Notes under the pieces: generated by a model
What the model saw: only the letters and a program-made list of their open reading frames with translations
Told to the model about the DNA's origin: nothing
The model's database searches: none
From: Kofleriaceae bacterium
GTDB lineage: Bacteria > Myxococcota_A > Polyangia > Haliangiales > Haliangiaceae
Direction of reading: 5' to 3'
Assembly: GCA_046597055.1 (NCBI GenBank)
Contig: JBKJLC010000098.1
Location: forward strand, 1-47,364
DNA: 47,364 bases
Made by a program: the position numbers and the translations under genes
Shown: positions 21,474 to 30,007 of the stretch, in pieces
Layout of the letters: each line of letters starts with the position of its first letter
Numbering within the stretch: position 1 is the first letter of the stretch

Positions 21474-21597
21474 GTTGCTTTCGGCAACGACGGATCCCGC
21501 GCGCGCCAGTGCAACCCGGCGCGCGGTGGCGAGCGCCCCACCACCGTGCGGAACGCTGGCTGCAATCTCTGGCGGCGGTGACGTCAGGGGTCGCGGC
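21474..21597 (+). repeat. Degenerate duplicate of the 22349-22504 promoter and 5' gene region
   Basis: Shared blocks in the same order: GTTGC-N5-GCAACGACGGATCC, GTGCAACC-GGCGCGC, GGAACGCTGG(C/T)TGCAATCTC, GCGGCGGTGAC..CAGGGGTCGCGGC. Confidence 0.8.
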
Positions 21598-21651
21598 TCG
21601 TGGCGCCGGCGATCCGGCCGGCGCTACGCCTCAGCGCCGCGGCGTGCTGGA

Positions 21652-22327
21652 TCAGTCGTTATCGGTGTTGGTCAGCCAGACGCGGTCGGTGCCGGCCGTC
21701 CAGTTCACGTCTTCGCTGACGAACGGCCCGAAATCGAGCGAGTAGTTCTGGCCGCGATCGACGACGTTGTCGTCCTGGCCAGTGACGATCACCGCCTGCG
21801 CCACGTTCCAGGTCCCGGGTTCGAAGGTCAGCGTATCCACGCTGGCCAGGCCTTCGCCGGGGTCGGAGCTGCTCACCCGCATCGTGACCGTGGAGGTCGG
21901 TCGCCCGGCGAGGTGAACCTGCAGCGTCGCGGCGCCTCCAGACTCGGTGGTCGTCGCCGCCCCGACGACCCGCACACCAGCGCGCTCATTGTCGACGTTC
22001 GTGAACTCGAGGCGCTGCGCTGCGGCGGCGTCGTACAGCGGGTCGCTGCTGCGCGCCTGCGCGATGATGTCGTGGCGCTGGTCGTGATCGATCACGTCGT
22101 CGTCGACGCCACAGACGGAGACCGTGCGGACGCTGTTCGGGCTCCACCGATCGAATGATACCGACGCCGGCGACACCCCCCCCCTCACCCGGAATGCTGG
22201 ATGTGAGCGCGACGGTGACGTTCGCCGTCGGCTGGGATGCGAGCTGAACGGTCACCTCGACGCACCTGCTCGAGCCCGCCGATTCTTGAGTCCTGCGGTT
22301 CCAGGAGGGCGCATCGAGGCGGGCCAT
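21652..22327 (-). pseudogene. Frameshifted fragment encoding two Calx-beta/cadherin-like repeats
   Basis: VQLASQPTANVTVALTSSIPGEG in one frame joins GVSPASVSF...GVDDDVID in another across a 9-C run (22176-22184). The second repeat, LAGRPTSTVT...SSSDPGEG...TGQDDNVVD, is intact. No signal peptide. Confidence 0.7.
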
Positions 22328-22347
22328 GCGGGGCGAGTTGCCCCGCG

Positions 22348-22440
22348 CGTTGCTTTTGGCAACGACGGATCCGGTGGCGGCGGTGCAACCTGGCGCGCAT
22401 GCTCGCGCTCGCCGCGTGGGCGTGAGGAACGCTGGTTGCA
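22348..22440 (+). promoter_or_regulatory. Putative sigma54 promoter with upstream palindromic activator site
   Basis: CGTTGC-TTTTG-GCAACG at 22348-22364; GG(22426-7)-N10-GC(22438-9) in AGGAACGCTGGTTGCA; ATG at 22454. Confidence 0.65.
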
Positions 22441-22453
22441 ATCTCCTGTGGGC

Positions 22454-24652
22454 ATGCAGCACGCGCGGCTGATGATCGCGGCGGTGACCGCAGGGGTCGC
22501 GGCCTGTGGAGGCGGCGACCCGGCCGGAGGCTACGACTACGCGCAGAGCCCCGGCGCGGCCCGGTACGCCGAGCTCTGTCAGGTCTGCCATGGTGAAGCC
22601 GGCGAGGGCGGGCTCGGTCCGGCGCTGGTCGATACCGAGCGCGGCGAGGACGAGCTGCGCGAGACGATCGCCGCGCGCATGCCGGCCAACGACCCCGGCC
22701 GCTGCACCGGTGCGTGCGCGAGCGAGGTCGCACGCTTCATCAAGGAGGGTCTGACCTCGGCCGCGCTGCGCTGCGACGCGGTGCCGCCGTCGGGGCGGCG
22801 CCTGCGCCTGCTCACCCGCCGCGAGTATCGCGCGACCGTGCGCGATCTGTTCGGCGCGGCCGCGCCGGCGATGACCTGCGCGCGCGCGACCGACTGCGCC
22901 TACCGCGACACGTGCGCTGCCGGCCAGTGCGAGGCGAGCCCCTGCGATCGCCACACGTTCGTGTTTGACCCGGGCGGGCGCACGCTGCGGTCGGTGCACG
23001 TCGCCGGCGGGTTCAACGGCTGGGCGGCCACGCCGGCGGCCGGTGGCTGGGCGCTGACCTACGCCGCGGCGACCGGGCTGTGGACCGGCACGTTCACGGT
23101 GCCGGCCGGCGACAGCGCGTACAAGCTGGTGCTCGACGAGCGCGACTGGATCGAGGACCCGCGGGCGCCGGCCGCGGTCGACGACAGCTACGGTGGGCGC
23201 AACTCGTTGCTACGGACGAGCTGCGCCGACGATGGGGGCGGCGCCGACCCGACCGCTGGCTTCCCGCTCGAGCCGCGGCCGGCCGGGTTCCCGTTCGACG
23301 ACCACGCGGCCTCGCAGGTGGTGACCGCGACCCACGTCGATGCGTTCCTGATGGCGGCCGAGGCGCTGGCTGACGACGCCGCCGATCGCGCGGCGACCCT
23401 GCACCCGTGCGATTGGGGTGGCGACCGGGCCGGCTGCACGCGCGGGCTGCTCGAGGCGCTCGGGCGCCGCGCCTTCCGCCGGCCGCTGACCGGCGACGAG
23501 CTCGCGCGCTACGCCGCGCTCGCGGTGGGCGCCGATCCCGACGAGGCGCTGGCGACCGCGATCCACGCGCTGCTGGTGTCGCCCAGCTTCCTGTACCGCT
23601 CCGAGCTCGGCGAGCGGCAGCCGGACGGCCGCTACCGGCTGACCGGCTGGGAGCTGGCCACGGCCATGTCGTACACGCTGGTCGGGACCACCCCCGACGC
23701 GGCGCTGCTGGCCGCCGCCGCCACCGGCGAGCTCGACCAGCCGGCCGGGCTCGAGCGCGAGGCGCGGCGCCTGCTGGCGTCGCCGCGGGCCCGCGAGCAG
23801 GTCGGCGAGCTGACGCTGCAGTGGCTCGGCGCCGAGGCGGTGCTCACCGCCGACAAGCGCCCCGACCTGTTCCCCGATCTCGACGCCAGCGTGCGGGCCG
23901 CGCTCGCCCGGGAGACCCGCGCGTTCGCCGCGCACGTCGTGTTCGACGGCAGCCACACCTTCGAGGAGCTGCTGACCGCCGACTACACGATCCTCGACCC
24001 GGCGGCCGCGCGCTTCTATGGCGTGCCGGTGCCCGGGCCCGACGGCATCGCGCCGTACGAGGGCCGCCGCGCCGGCGTCCTCGGTCACGCCAGCGTGCTC
24101 GCCAGCCACGCCCACAGCGATCAGACCTCGCCGATCCGCCGGGGCCTGTTCGTGCGGCGCAACCTGCTGTGTCACGAGCTGCCACCGCCGCCGCCGTTCG
24201 CCGGTGGCGTGCCCGACGTCGATCCGGCGGCGACCACCCGCGAGCGGTTCGCGGCCCACACCGCCAACCCGCGCTGCGCGAGCTGTCACCGCTACATCGA
24301 CGGGCTCGGCTTCGGCTTCGAGCAGCTCGACCCGGTCGGCCGCTGGCGCGAGACCGAGAACGGTCATCCGATCGACTCCACCGGTGCGCTGACCGACGTC
24401 GAGCGGCTGGGGACCACGACCTCGGCCGACTACGCGACCCTGCCCGAGCTCGGCCGCCTGCTGGCCGACAGCCGGGCCGCGCCGGCGTGCTTCGCGCGCC
24501 AGTACTACCGGTTCGCGCGCGGGGTGCGCGAGACCCTGGCCGAGCGGTGCGCGCGGCTTGCCATCGAGCAGCGCTTCGCCGACAGCGGCTTCGACCTGCG
24601 CGAGCTGATGATCGCCAACCTGCTATCCCCCGACTTCGCGGTGCGCCGATGA
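22454..24652 (+). CDS. DUF1592-family lipoprotein with N-terminal cytochrome c and a CBM48/glycogen-binding-like insert
   Basis: GVAAC lipobox; CQVCH..MP; RLLTRREYRATVRDLFG; insert SVHVAGGFNGW...YKLVLD..WIEDP...GGRNS; SPSFLYRSE; TSPIRRG; CASCH. Confidence 0.9.
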   Translation: MQHARLMIAAVTAGVAACGGGDPAGGYDYAQSPGAARYAELCQVCHGEAGEGGLGPALVDTERGEDELRETIAARMPANDPGRCTGACASEVARFIKEGLTSAALRCDAVPPSGRRLRLLTRREYRATVRDLFGAAAPAMTCARATDCAYRDTCAAGQCEASPCDRHTFVFDPGGRTLRSVHVAGGFNGWAATPAAGGWALTYAAATGLWTGTFTVPAGDSAYKLVLDERDWIEDPRAPAAVDDSYGGRNSLLRTSCADDGGGADPTAGFPLEPRPAGFPFDDHAASQVVTATHVDAFLMAAEALADDAADRAATLHPCDWGGDRAGCTRGLLEALGRRAFRRPLTGDELARYAALAVGADPDEALATAIHALLVSPSFLYRSELGERQPDGRYRLTGWELATAMSYTLVGTTPDAALLAAAATGELDQPAGLEREARRLLASPRAREQVGELTLQWLGAEAVLTADKRPDLFPDLDASVRAALARETRAFAAHVVFDGSHTFEELLTADYTILDPAAARFYGVPVPGPDGIAPYEGRRAGVLGHASVLASHAHSDQTSPIRRGLFVRRNLLCHELPPPPPFAGGVPDVDPAATTRERFAAHTANPRCASCHRYIDGLGFGFEQLDPVGRWRETENGHPIDSTGALTDVERLGTTTSADYATLPELGRLLADSRAAPACFARQYYRFARGVRETLAERCARLAIEQRFADSGFDLRELMIANLLSPDFAVRR

Positions 24653-25995
24653 CCCTGACCCGACGACGCCTGCTCCAGCTCGGCGGCGCCGCCGCGATCG
24701 CCGCGCCGTTCCTCCAGCCGCGGCCCGGCCAGGCCCACGCCGGCGGGGTCGCGCGCCGGCTGATCGTCTTCTACTTCCCGGATGGGGTGGTCGGTCCCTC
24801 GCAGGACGGCGACCCGAGCCGGTGGCACCCGACCGGCAACGAGACCGGGTTCACCCTGCCGGCGACGCTGGCGCCGCTCGAGCGTCACCGCGCCCGCTGC
24901 GTCTTCTTCCGGGGGCTGTCGATGGGCCCGGCCGATCAGGGCAGCCACCCGGGCGGCGCGAAGAAGCTCCTGACCGCGGTCGACGGCGGCAACGGGACCT
25001 CGATCGATCAGCGGCTGGCGGCGACGGTCGGCGCCGGCCTGCCGTTTCGCCACCTCTACCTCGGGGCCCAGGCCACCCAGAACGGCGCGTCGGGCGACAA
25101 GCACATCTCGTACGTCGCGCCCGGGATCACGACCTCGCCCGAGGACGACCCGGTCGCGGCGTTCGCGCGGCTGTTCCCCGGCGGCGGCGGTGGTGGCGGT
25201 GGCGGTGGCGACCCGCGCGCCGCCCGGCGCCTGAGCGTGATCGATAGCGCCCGGCAGGAGCTCGACACCCTGCGCGGCCGGCTCGGCACCACCGAGCAGA
25301 CCCGGCTCGACCTGCACCTGGAGGCCCTGCGCGAGGTGGAGGCGCGCATCGGCGCCACCGGTGGCGGCGGCGGTGGCACCGGCACCTGCAGCGATCCGGT
25401 GGTCGACACCACCGGGCTTAGGCCGTCGACCATCCACGCTCCCGATCGATTCCCCCAGGTCCTGCGCGCCCAGACCGATCTGATGGTGCAGGCGATGGCG
25501 TGCGGGCTGACCCGGGTCGGCGTGCTCCAGGGCTCGCACCACACCAGCGAGCTGATCATGAGCCGGTTCGCGGCCACGCCGCTGTACGACCCCGGCTTCG
25601 ACATGCGCAGCCACCAGGCCTCGCACTACGGCGCGCGCCATGATCTCGCGCGCCGCGAGTACCGCGACTTCCTCGCCCAGCGCCTGTGGTGGGTCGAGCA
25701 GTTCGCCTACCTGCTCGACCAGCTGGCCGCGCGGCCCGAAGACGGCGGCACGATGCTCGACCACTCGCTGGTGCTCCTGTGCAGCGAGGTCTGCGACGGC
25801 AACACCCACAGCCACGACGACATGCCGTTCGTGCTCGCCGGCGGTGGCTCCGGATCGATCCGCACCGGCCGGCTGCTCCGGTTCGACTACCGCCGTCACG
25901 CCGATCTGCTGCTCGCGATCGCGCGGGCGATGGGCGACGACCTCGCCAGCTTCGGCGACGCCTCGAGCGGCCCCCTGCCGGGCCTGCTGACCTGA
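24649..25995 (+). CDS. DUF1552 family protein with Tat signal
   Basis: MTLTRRRLLQLGG; FYFPDG; RLDLHLEALREVE; AMACGLTRV; HQASH; TMLDHSLVLLCSE...H..DDMP. ATGA overlap. Confidence 0.9.
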   Translation: MTLTRRRLLQLGGAAAIAAPFLQPRPGQAHAGGVARRLIVFYFPDGVVGPSQDGDPSRWHPTGNETGFTLPATLAPLERHRARCVFFRGLSMGPADQGSHPGGAKKLLTAVDGGNGTSIDQRLAATVGAGLPFRHLYLGAQATQNGASGDKHISYVAPGITTSPEDDPVAAFARLFPGGGGGGGGGGDPRAARRLSVIDSARQELDTLRGRLGTTEQTRLDLHLEALREVEARIGATGGGGGGTGTCSDPVVDTTGLRPSTIHAPDRFPQVLRAQTDLMVQAMACGLTRVGVLQGSHHTSELIMSRFAATPLYDPGFDMRSHQASHYGARHDLARREYRDFLAQRLWWVEQFAYLLDQLAARPEDGGTMLDHSLVLLCSEVCDGNTHSHDDMPFVLAGGGSGSIRTGRLLRFDYRRHADLLLAIARAMGDDLASFGDASSGPLPGLLT

Positions 25996-26607
25996 TCAGT
26001 CGGCGGCGCGGGTGATCTGCACGACCGAGCTGTGCTGGCCGTCGAGCTGACCGGTGCCCTCGAGGGACGCGCCGAACGCGAGCCCGTGTGCGCGCGCCGG
26101 GGTGACGAAGCTGACGCCGGTGACGACGAAGGTGATGCCGTCCTGCTCGTGCGTCGTCGTGCCGGCCTGGCGGGTGGTGGCACCGGTCGGGTCCCAGCTC
26201 ACCGCCAGCCTGCCGGTCGCCGGCTGGTTCGAGACCTCGCTGCAGAAGCCCTCGAGATCGCAGTCGAGCACGATCACCGTCGCGTCGATCTGCGCCGCGG
26301 TCACCGACAGCCACGCGCGCCGGAACAACCCGATGAAGCTCTGGTTGGGCACCTGGCCGAAGCCGTTCACCAGCTCGACCCGGTAGCCGTCGTCGCGCTG
26401 CTCGAGCACCTGGGCGCGGTCGTAGGCGACGAACGTCGTGCGCGCGCCGCCGCTCGCGCGCGATCGCACGACCGTCACGTGCTCCGACGTCGAGTCGTCG
26501 CCGACCCGCGCCACGTAGTCGGTGGAGCCGTAGTGAACGACGTCGGCCGCGGCCGGCACCGCGAGGGCACAGACCGAGGCAACCAGCGCGCAGGCTTCGA
26601 TTCGCAT
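25996..26607 (-). CDS. Hypothetical secreted protein
   Basis: Signal peptide ending AVPAAA-D; beta-rich mature region; codon style typical of the window. Confidence 0.6.
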   Translation of the reverse strand: MRIEACALVASVCALAVPAAADVVHYGSTDYVARVGDDSTSEHVTVVRSRASGGARTTFVAYDRAQVLEQRDDGYRVELVNGFGQVPNQSFIGLFRRAWLSVTAAQIDATVIVLDCDLEGFCSEVSNQPATGRLAVSWDPTGATTRQAGTTTHEQDGITFVVTGVSFVTPARAHGLAFGASLEGTGQLDGQHSSVVQITRAAD

Positions 26608-26690
26608 GGCCGCGAGGGTGGCTCGGAGTGCCGTGAAATGGCGGTGCGGTCGCTTACGAACGCGCGTGCGATCCGCCGATCCCGCCGGTG

Positions 26691-26810
26691 AGAGGCTGTG
26701 ATTCGTTCGAATCCCACCCTCCCTTTCGATCGGTCGGCCGCCGCCCGGAGATCCCACCCTCCCTTTCGATCGGTCGGCCGCGGTCCGGACGCCGCGCGAT
26801 CTGGACGGAA
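26691..26810 (-). repeat. Dispersed intergenic repeat, copy B, with an internal 40-bp tandem duplication
   Basis: Reverse complement of 2722-2803. Units 26711-26750 and 26751-26790 match at 37 of 40 positions. Confidence 0.85.
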
Positions 26811-26831
26811 TGCGCGCCGGCTCGCGCCGGC

Positions 26832-27230
26832 TCAGCGGCGGCCGCGCAGCCGCGCGCGCCGGCGGGCGTGGGAGTTGCTGGGCCGTGGGCCGACCGGCGC
26901 GGTCCAGCCGGGCGCGGAGAACGGGGGCGGCGTCCCGTCCGAGGCGGTCCAGGTGATCGGCACCTCGCCGCGCGCGAGGGCGGCCTGGCAGTCGGGACAG
27001 TCGTGGATGATCTGCTCGAACCGCTGACGGATGCCGTGCGGCGCCAGCGCGGCGCCGTCCGCGTCGACGCCATGATCGACCGCGCGCAGGGTGGCGGCCG
27101 CGGCCGCATCGCCGCGGCGCGCGGCCCGGTCGGCGGCTTCGACCTCCTCGAGGCGGTAGCGACGGCCATCGGTGCCCACGGCGACGACGGCGCCGGTGGC
27201 AAGATCGAGATCCAGGCTCAGGTTGCGCAT
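26832..27230 (-). CDS. Hypothetical protein with HDCPDC (CxxC) motif
   Basis: Coherent ORF with a sigma54-like promoter 13 nt upstream; IHDCPDCQAAL. Confidence 0.6.
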   Translation of the reverse strand: MRNLSLDLDLATGAVVAVGTDGRRYRLEEVEAADRAARRGDAAAAATLRAVDHGVDADGAALAPHGIRQRFEQIIHDCPDCQAALARGEVPITWTASDGTPPPFSAPGWTAPVGPRPSNSHARRRARLRGRR

Positions 27231-27242
27231 GGCGAACCCGAT

Positions 27243-27258
27243 TGCAGGCGATGTGCCG
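27243..27258 (-). promoter_or_regulatory. Putative sigma54 promoter
   Basis: CGGCACA-TCGC-CTGCA, GG-N10-GC, with the ATG 13 nt after the GC. Confidence 0.55.
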
Positions 27259-27342
27259 CCGGTAACCACGCGACGCGCCGTGCGCGCCTGGCCGGCCGCC
27301 GGACAGCTGTCCGGTTCCCGGACGCGTCGGTCCGGGCCCCGG

Positions 27343-29925
27343 TCAGTCCGGGGCGGCCTGGCCGTCGAGCGACAGCGGGACCAGGTCGGCCCAGGTCGGG
27401 CCGGCCTCGAGTCCGACCACCAGCGGCACCTCGAGGATGAACGCGCGGCGCATGGCGTCGGCGGCGATCCGCGCCGCCGCGGCGAGCTCGTGGGTCGGCA
27501 CCTCGAACAGGACGTCGTCGACGACCTGGGCCAGCGGCTGGGCCTGCAGGCCGGCCCGGCGCAGGGCGCGGTCGGCCTCGAGCAGGCCGCGCCGCGCGAC
27601 GTCGGCGACCGAGCCCTCGTGGGTGGCGCGTCGGGCCAGGCGCTCGGCGTACGCGCGATCGTGCGGGTCGAGCGACGCGAGGCCGCCGATCGGCCAGTGT
27701 CTACCGGCCAGCGTCGTTACATACCCGCGCTCGCGGGCCAGGCGCAGCTGCTCGTCCTGGAACGCGCGCACCTGCGCATAGCGGAGGTCGAAGCGCGCGA
27801 TCAGCTGCTTGGCCGCGGCGGCCGAGATGTTGAGCTGCAGCGCCAGCGCGCTGGGACCCTGGCCGGCGAAGGTCGCGAAGTTGACGACCTTGCCGAGCTG
27901 GCGCTCCTCGTCGGTGATCGCCGCGGGCGGCTTCTCGAGCACCGCCGACGCGGTCAGCCGGTGCAGGTCGGCGCGCGCGCGGAGCGGCTCGACCAGCGCC
28001 GGGTCGCGGGTCAGGTGCGCCAGGACGTGAAGCCCGAGCTGGTTGTAGTCGATCGACAGGAGCACGTGGGCGGGGCGCGCGACGAACGCGCGGCGGATGC
28101 GCGCCATCTCCGGCGTGCGGCCGGGCACCCGGCCCAGATCCGGGTTGGTGTTGACCAGGTCGCCCGAGAATGACCGGGCCGGGTGGAACCGCGCGTGGAC
28201 CCGGCCGTCGCTGGCGATCCGGCTGCGCAGGCCGTGCAGCCAGCTGTCGCGCATCCGGCGCAGGAGCCGCCAGCGGAGCACCAGCGCGACGATCGGGTGG
28301 GCGTGCTCGATCCGCTCGAGCGCCTCGATCGAGGTGCTCCAGCCGGTCTTGGTATGGCTGACGATCGGGAGCTTCAGCTCCTCGAACAGCACCGCGCCCA
28401 GCTGCCTGGACGAGTTGATGTTGAACGGATGGCCGGCCAGCCCCGTGATCTCTCGCTCGAGCTCGGCCTCGATCACGGCGAAGTCGTGCTCGGCGCGGGT
28501 CAGCTCATCGGCGTCGACCGCCAGCCCGGTCAGCTCCATGCGCACCAGCGTGTCGGACAGCGCCAGGTACTCGGCGAGCCGCGCGGGTTCGACCGCGGGC
28601 GCCAGCGCATGCCAGATCGCGGCCGCGGCGTCGGCGTGCTGGCCGGCCAGGTCGCCGACCCGATCGACCGAGAGCGCCGCCCACGGCTTGCGGCCGGCAC
28701 CGACGCCGCGCACGGCATCCTCGCCGGGCAGGGCGCGGCCGAGCGCGTGCTTGGCGACCGTCGACAGGTCGTGCGGCGCCCAGTTGCTGGGCTGGGTCAG
28801 GTGCGAGGCGGCGGCCGTGTCGCCGATCATGCCGGCGAGACGCAGGCCGGCGTGGGTGAGCGCGACCACCAGGCCCTCGCGCATGTGGGCCAGCTTGGGC
28901 TGGCCGGGATTCTCGAGCCACCCGGCCAGCACGTGCGGACCCGGCAGCACCGGACCCTTGCCGGCGAACGCCGCGTACACCGCGTGACCGTCGCCGGGCG
29001 CGAACGCGAGGCCGACCAGCCGGCCGTCGTCCTCGATCACCGGCTGCACCGCGACCGGCCGGTCGCGCCACGCCGCCAGCTGCGCGTGCAGGGCCTCGGC
29101 GGTGTCGCACACCGACACCGTGGTCGCGGCGGCGTCGTGGGTCAGCAGCTCGACGAAGCCGAGCTGCTCGTGCAACGCGTTCTCGACCGCGCCCGGCGCG
29201 GGCTGGTAGCCGCATGCGTCGAGCGGTACCGGCAGCGGCCGGTGCTGGTCGAGGTGGGCCCGCGCCAGCTCGGTGCGCACCACCTCCGGATCGGCGCTCA
29301 GCGCCTTGCCGAGCCGCGGGATCACGGTGTCGAGCGCGGCCAGCGCCTGTTCGACCGAACCGTGGATCGCGAGCAGCCCGGTGGCGCCCTTGGCGCCGAT
29401 GCCCTTCACGCCCGGCAGCACGTCCGGTTCGCCGACCAGGGCCAGCCAGTCGGCGACCTGGGCCACGCCCACGCCGAACCGCTTGTGCACCATCTCCGGC
29501 GTGTAGCGGGCGTCCTTGTTGGCGTCGTACCACCACAGCCGATCGCCGACGAGCTGGGCGAAGCGCTTGTCGACCCCGACCACCACCACGTCGTCGCCGG
29601 CCTCGAGCGCGGCCCGTGCGTACGACGCGACCACGTGCAGCTCGTCGGCCGACTCGACCACGTGCAGGCCCAGCGTGCGCACCAGCTCGGCCAGCCGCGG
29701 CAGCTGCGCGCGTAGCTGCTCGGGCCACGCCGGCGGCGGGGTTGGATCGATCACGGCGACCGCGCGGGCCGGGGTCTTGAACGCGACGCCGCGGCGGATG
29801 CCACGCGCCACCGCGAACAGCCCGTTGACCGGCTCGCCGTCGCGCGCGCGGCGATCGGTCGGCACCACCTGGAATCCGCGGGCCAGCAGGTTGGTCGCGG
29901 ACACCACCAGGGTTCGGTCGCTCAT
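27343..29925 (-). CDS. polA: DNA polymerase I (family A) paralog, full three-domain length but with divergent active-site motifs
   Basis: PGVKGIGAKGA HhH; FNINSSRQLGAVLFEELKLP; motif A DYNQLGLHVLAHL; motif B RQLGKVVNF; GYVTTLAGR; motif C QVVDDVLFEV; LEVPLVV..G.TW. Confidence 0.9.
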   Translation of the reverse strand: MSDRTLVVSATNLLARGFQVVPTDRRARDGEPVNGLFAVARGIRRGVAFKTPARAVAVIDPTPPPAWPEQLRAQLPRLAELVRTLGLHVVESADELHVVASYARAALEAGDDVVVVGVDKRFAQLVGDRLWWYDANKDARYTPEMVHKRFGVGVAQVADWLALVGEPDVLPGVKGIGAKGATGLLAIHGSVEQALAALDTVIPRLGKALSADPEVVRTELARAHLDQHRPLPVPLDACGYQPAPGAVENALHEQLGFVELLTHDAAATTVSVCDTAEALHAQLAAWRDRPVAVQPVIEDDGRLVGLAFAPGDGHAVYAAFAGKGPVLPGPHVLAGWLENPGQPKLAHMREGLVVALTHAGLRLAGMIGDTAAASHLTQPSNWAPHDLSTVAKHALGRALPGEDAVRGVGAGRKPWAALSVDRVGDLAGQHADAAAAIWHALAPAVEPARLAEYLALSDTLVRMELTGLAVDADELTRAEHDFAVIEAELEREITGLAGHPFNINSSRQLGAVLFEELKLPIVSHTKTGWSTSIEALERIEHAHPIVALVLRWRLLRRMRDSWLHGLRSRIASDGRVHARFHPARSFSGDLVNTNPDLGRVPGRTPEMARIRRAFVARPAHVLLSIDYNQLGLHVLAHLTRDPALVEPLRARADLHRLTASAVLEKPPAAITDEERQLGKVVNFATFAGQGPSALALQLNISAAAAKQLIARFDLRYAQVRAFQDEQLRLARERGYVTTLAGRHWPIGGLASLDPHDRAYAERLARRATHEGSVADVARRGLLEADRALRRAGLQAQPLAQVVDDVLFEVPTHELAAAARIAADAMRRAFILEVPLVVGLEAGPTWADLVPLSLDGQAAPD

Positions 29926-30007
29926 GCCGGGGCCATCCTATCGCGCGTGACGACTCGCCGGCCCGCACCTCGCCCACCGCGACCGGGCCGGAGTAGAATG
30001 GCCCCGC

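Noticed and set aside
25181..25210. GGC/GGT repeat as a contingency locus
   Set aside because: It is an in-frame poly-Gly linker of mixed codons inside DUF1552.
26691..26760. tRNA gene
   Set aside because: Only a T-loop-like GTTCGAATCC is present; there are no D or anticodon arms, no acceptor pairing and no CCA.
27343..29925. Phage-type polymerase or prophage
   Set aside because: It has the cellular three-domain Pol I layout and host-like codon style, with no phage genes nearby.
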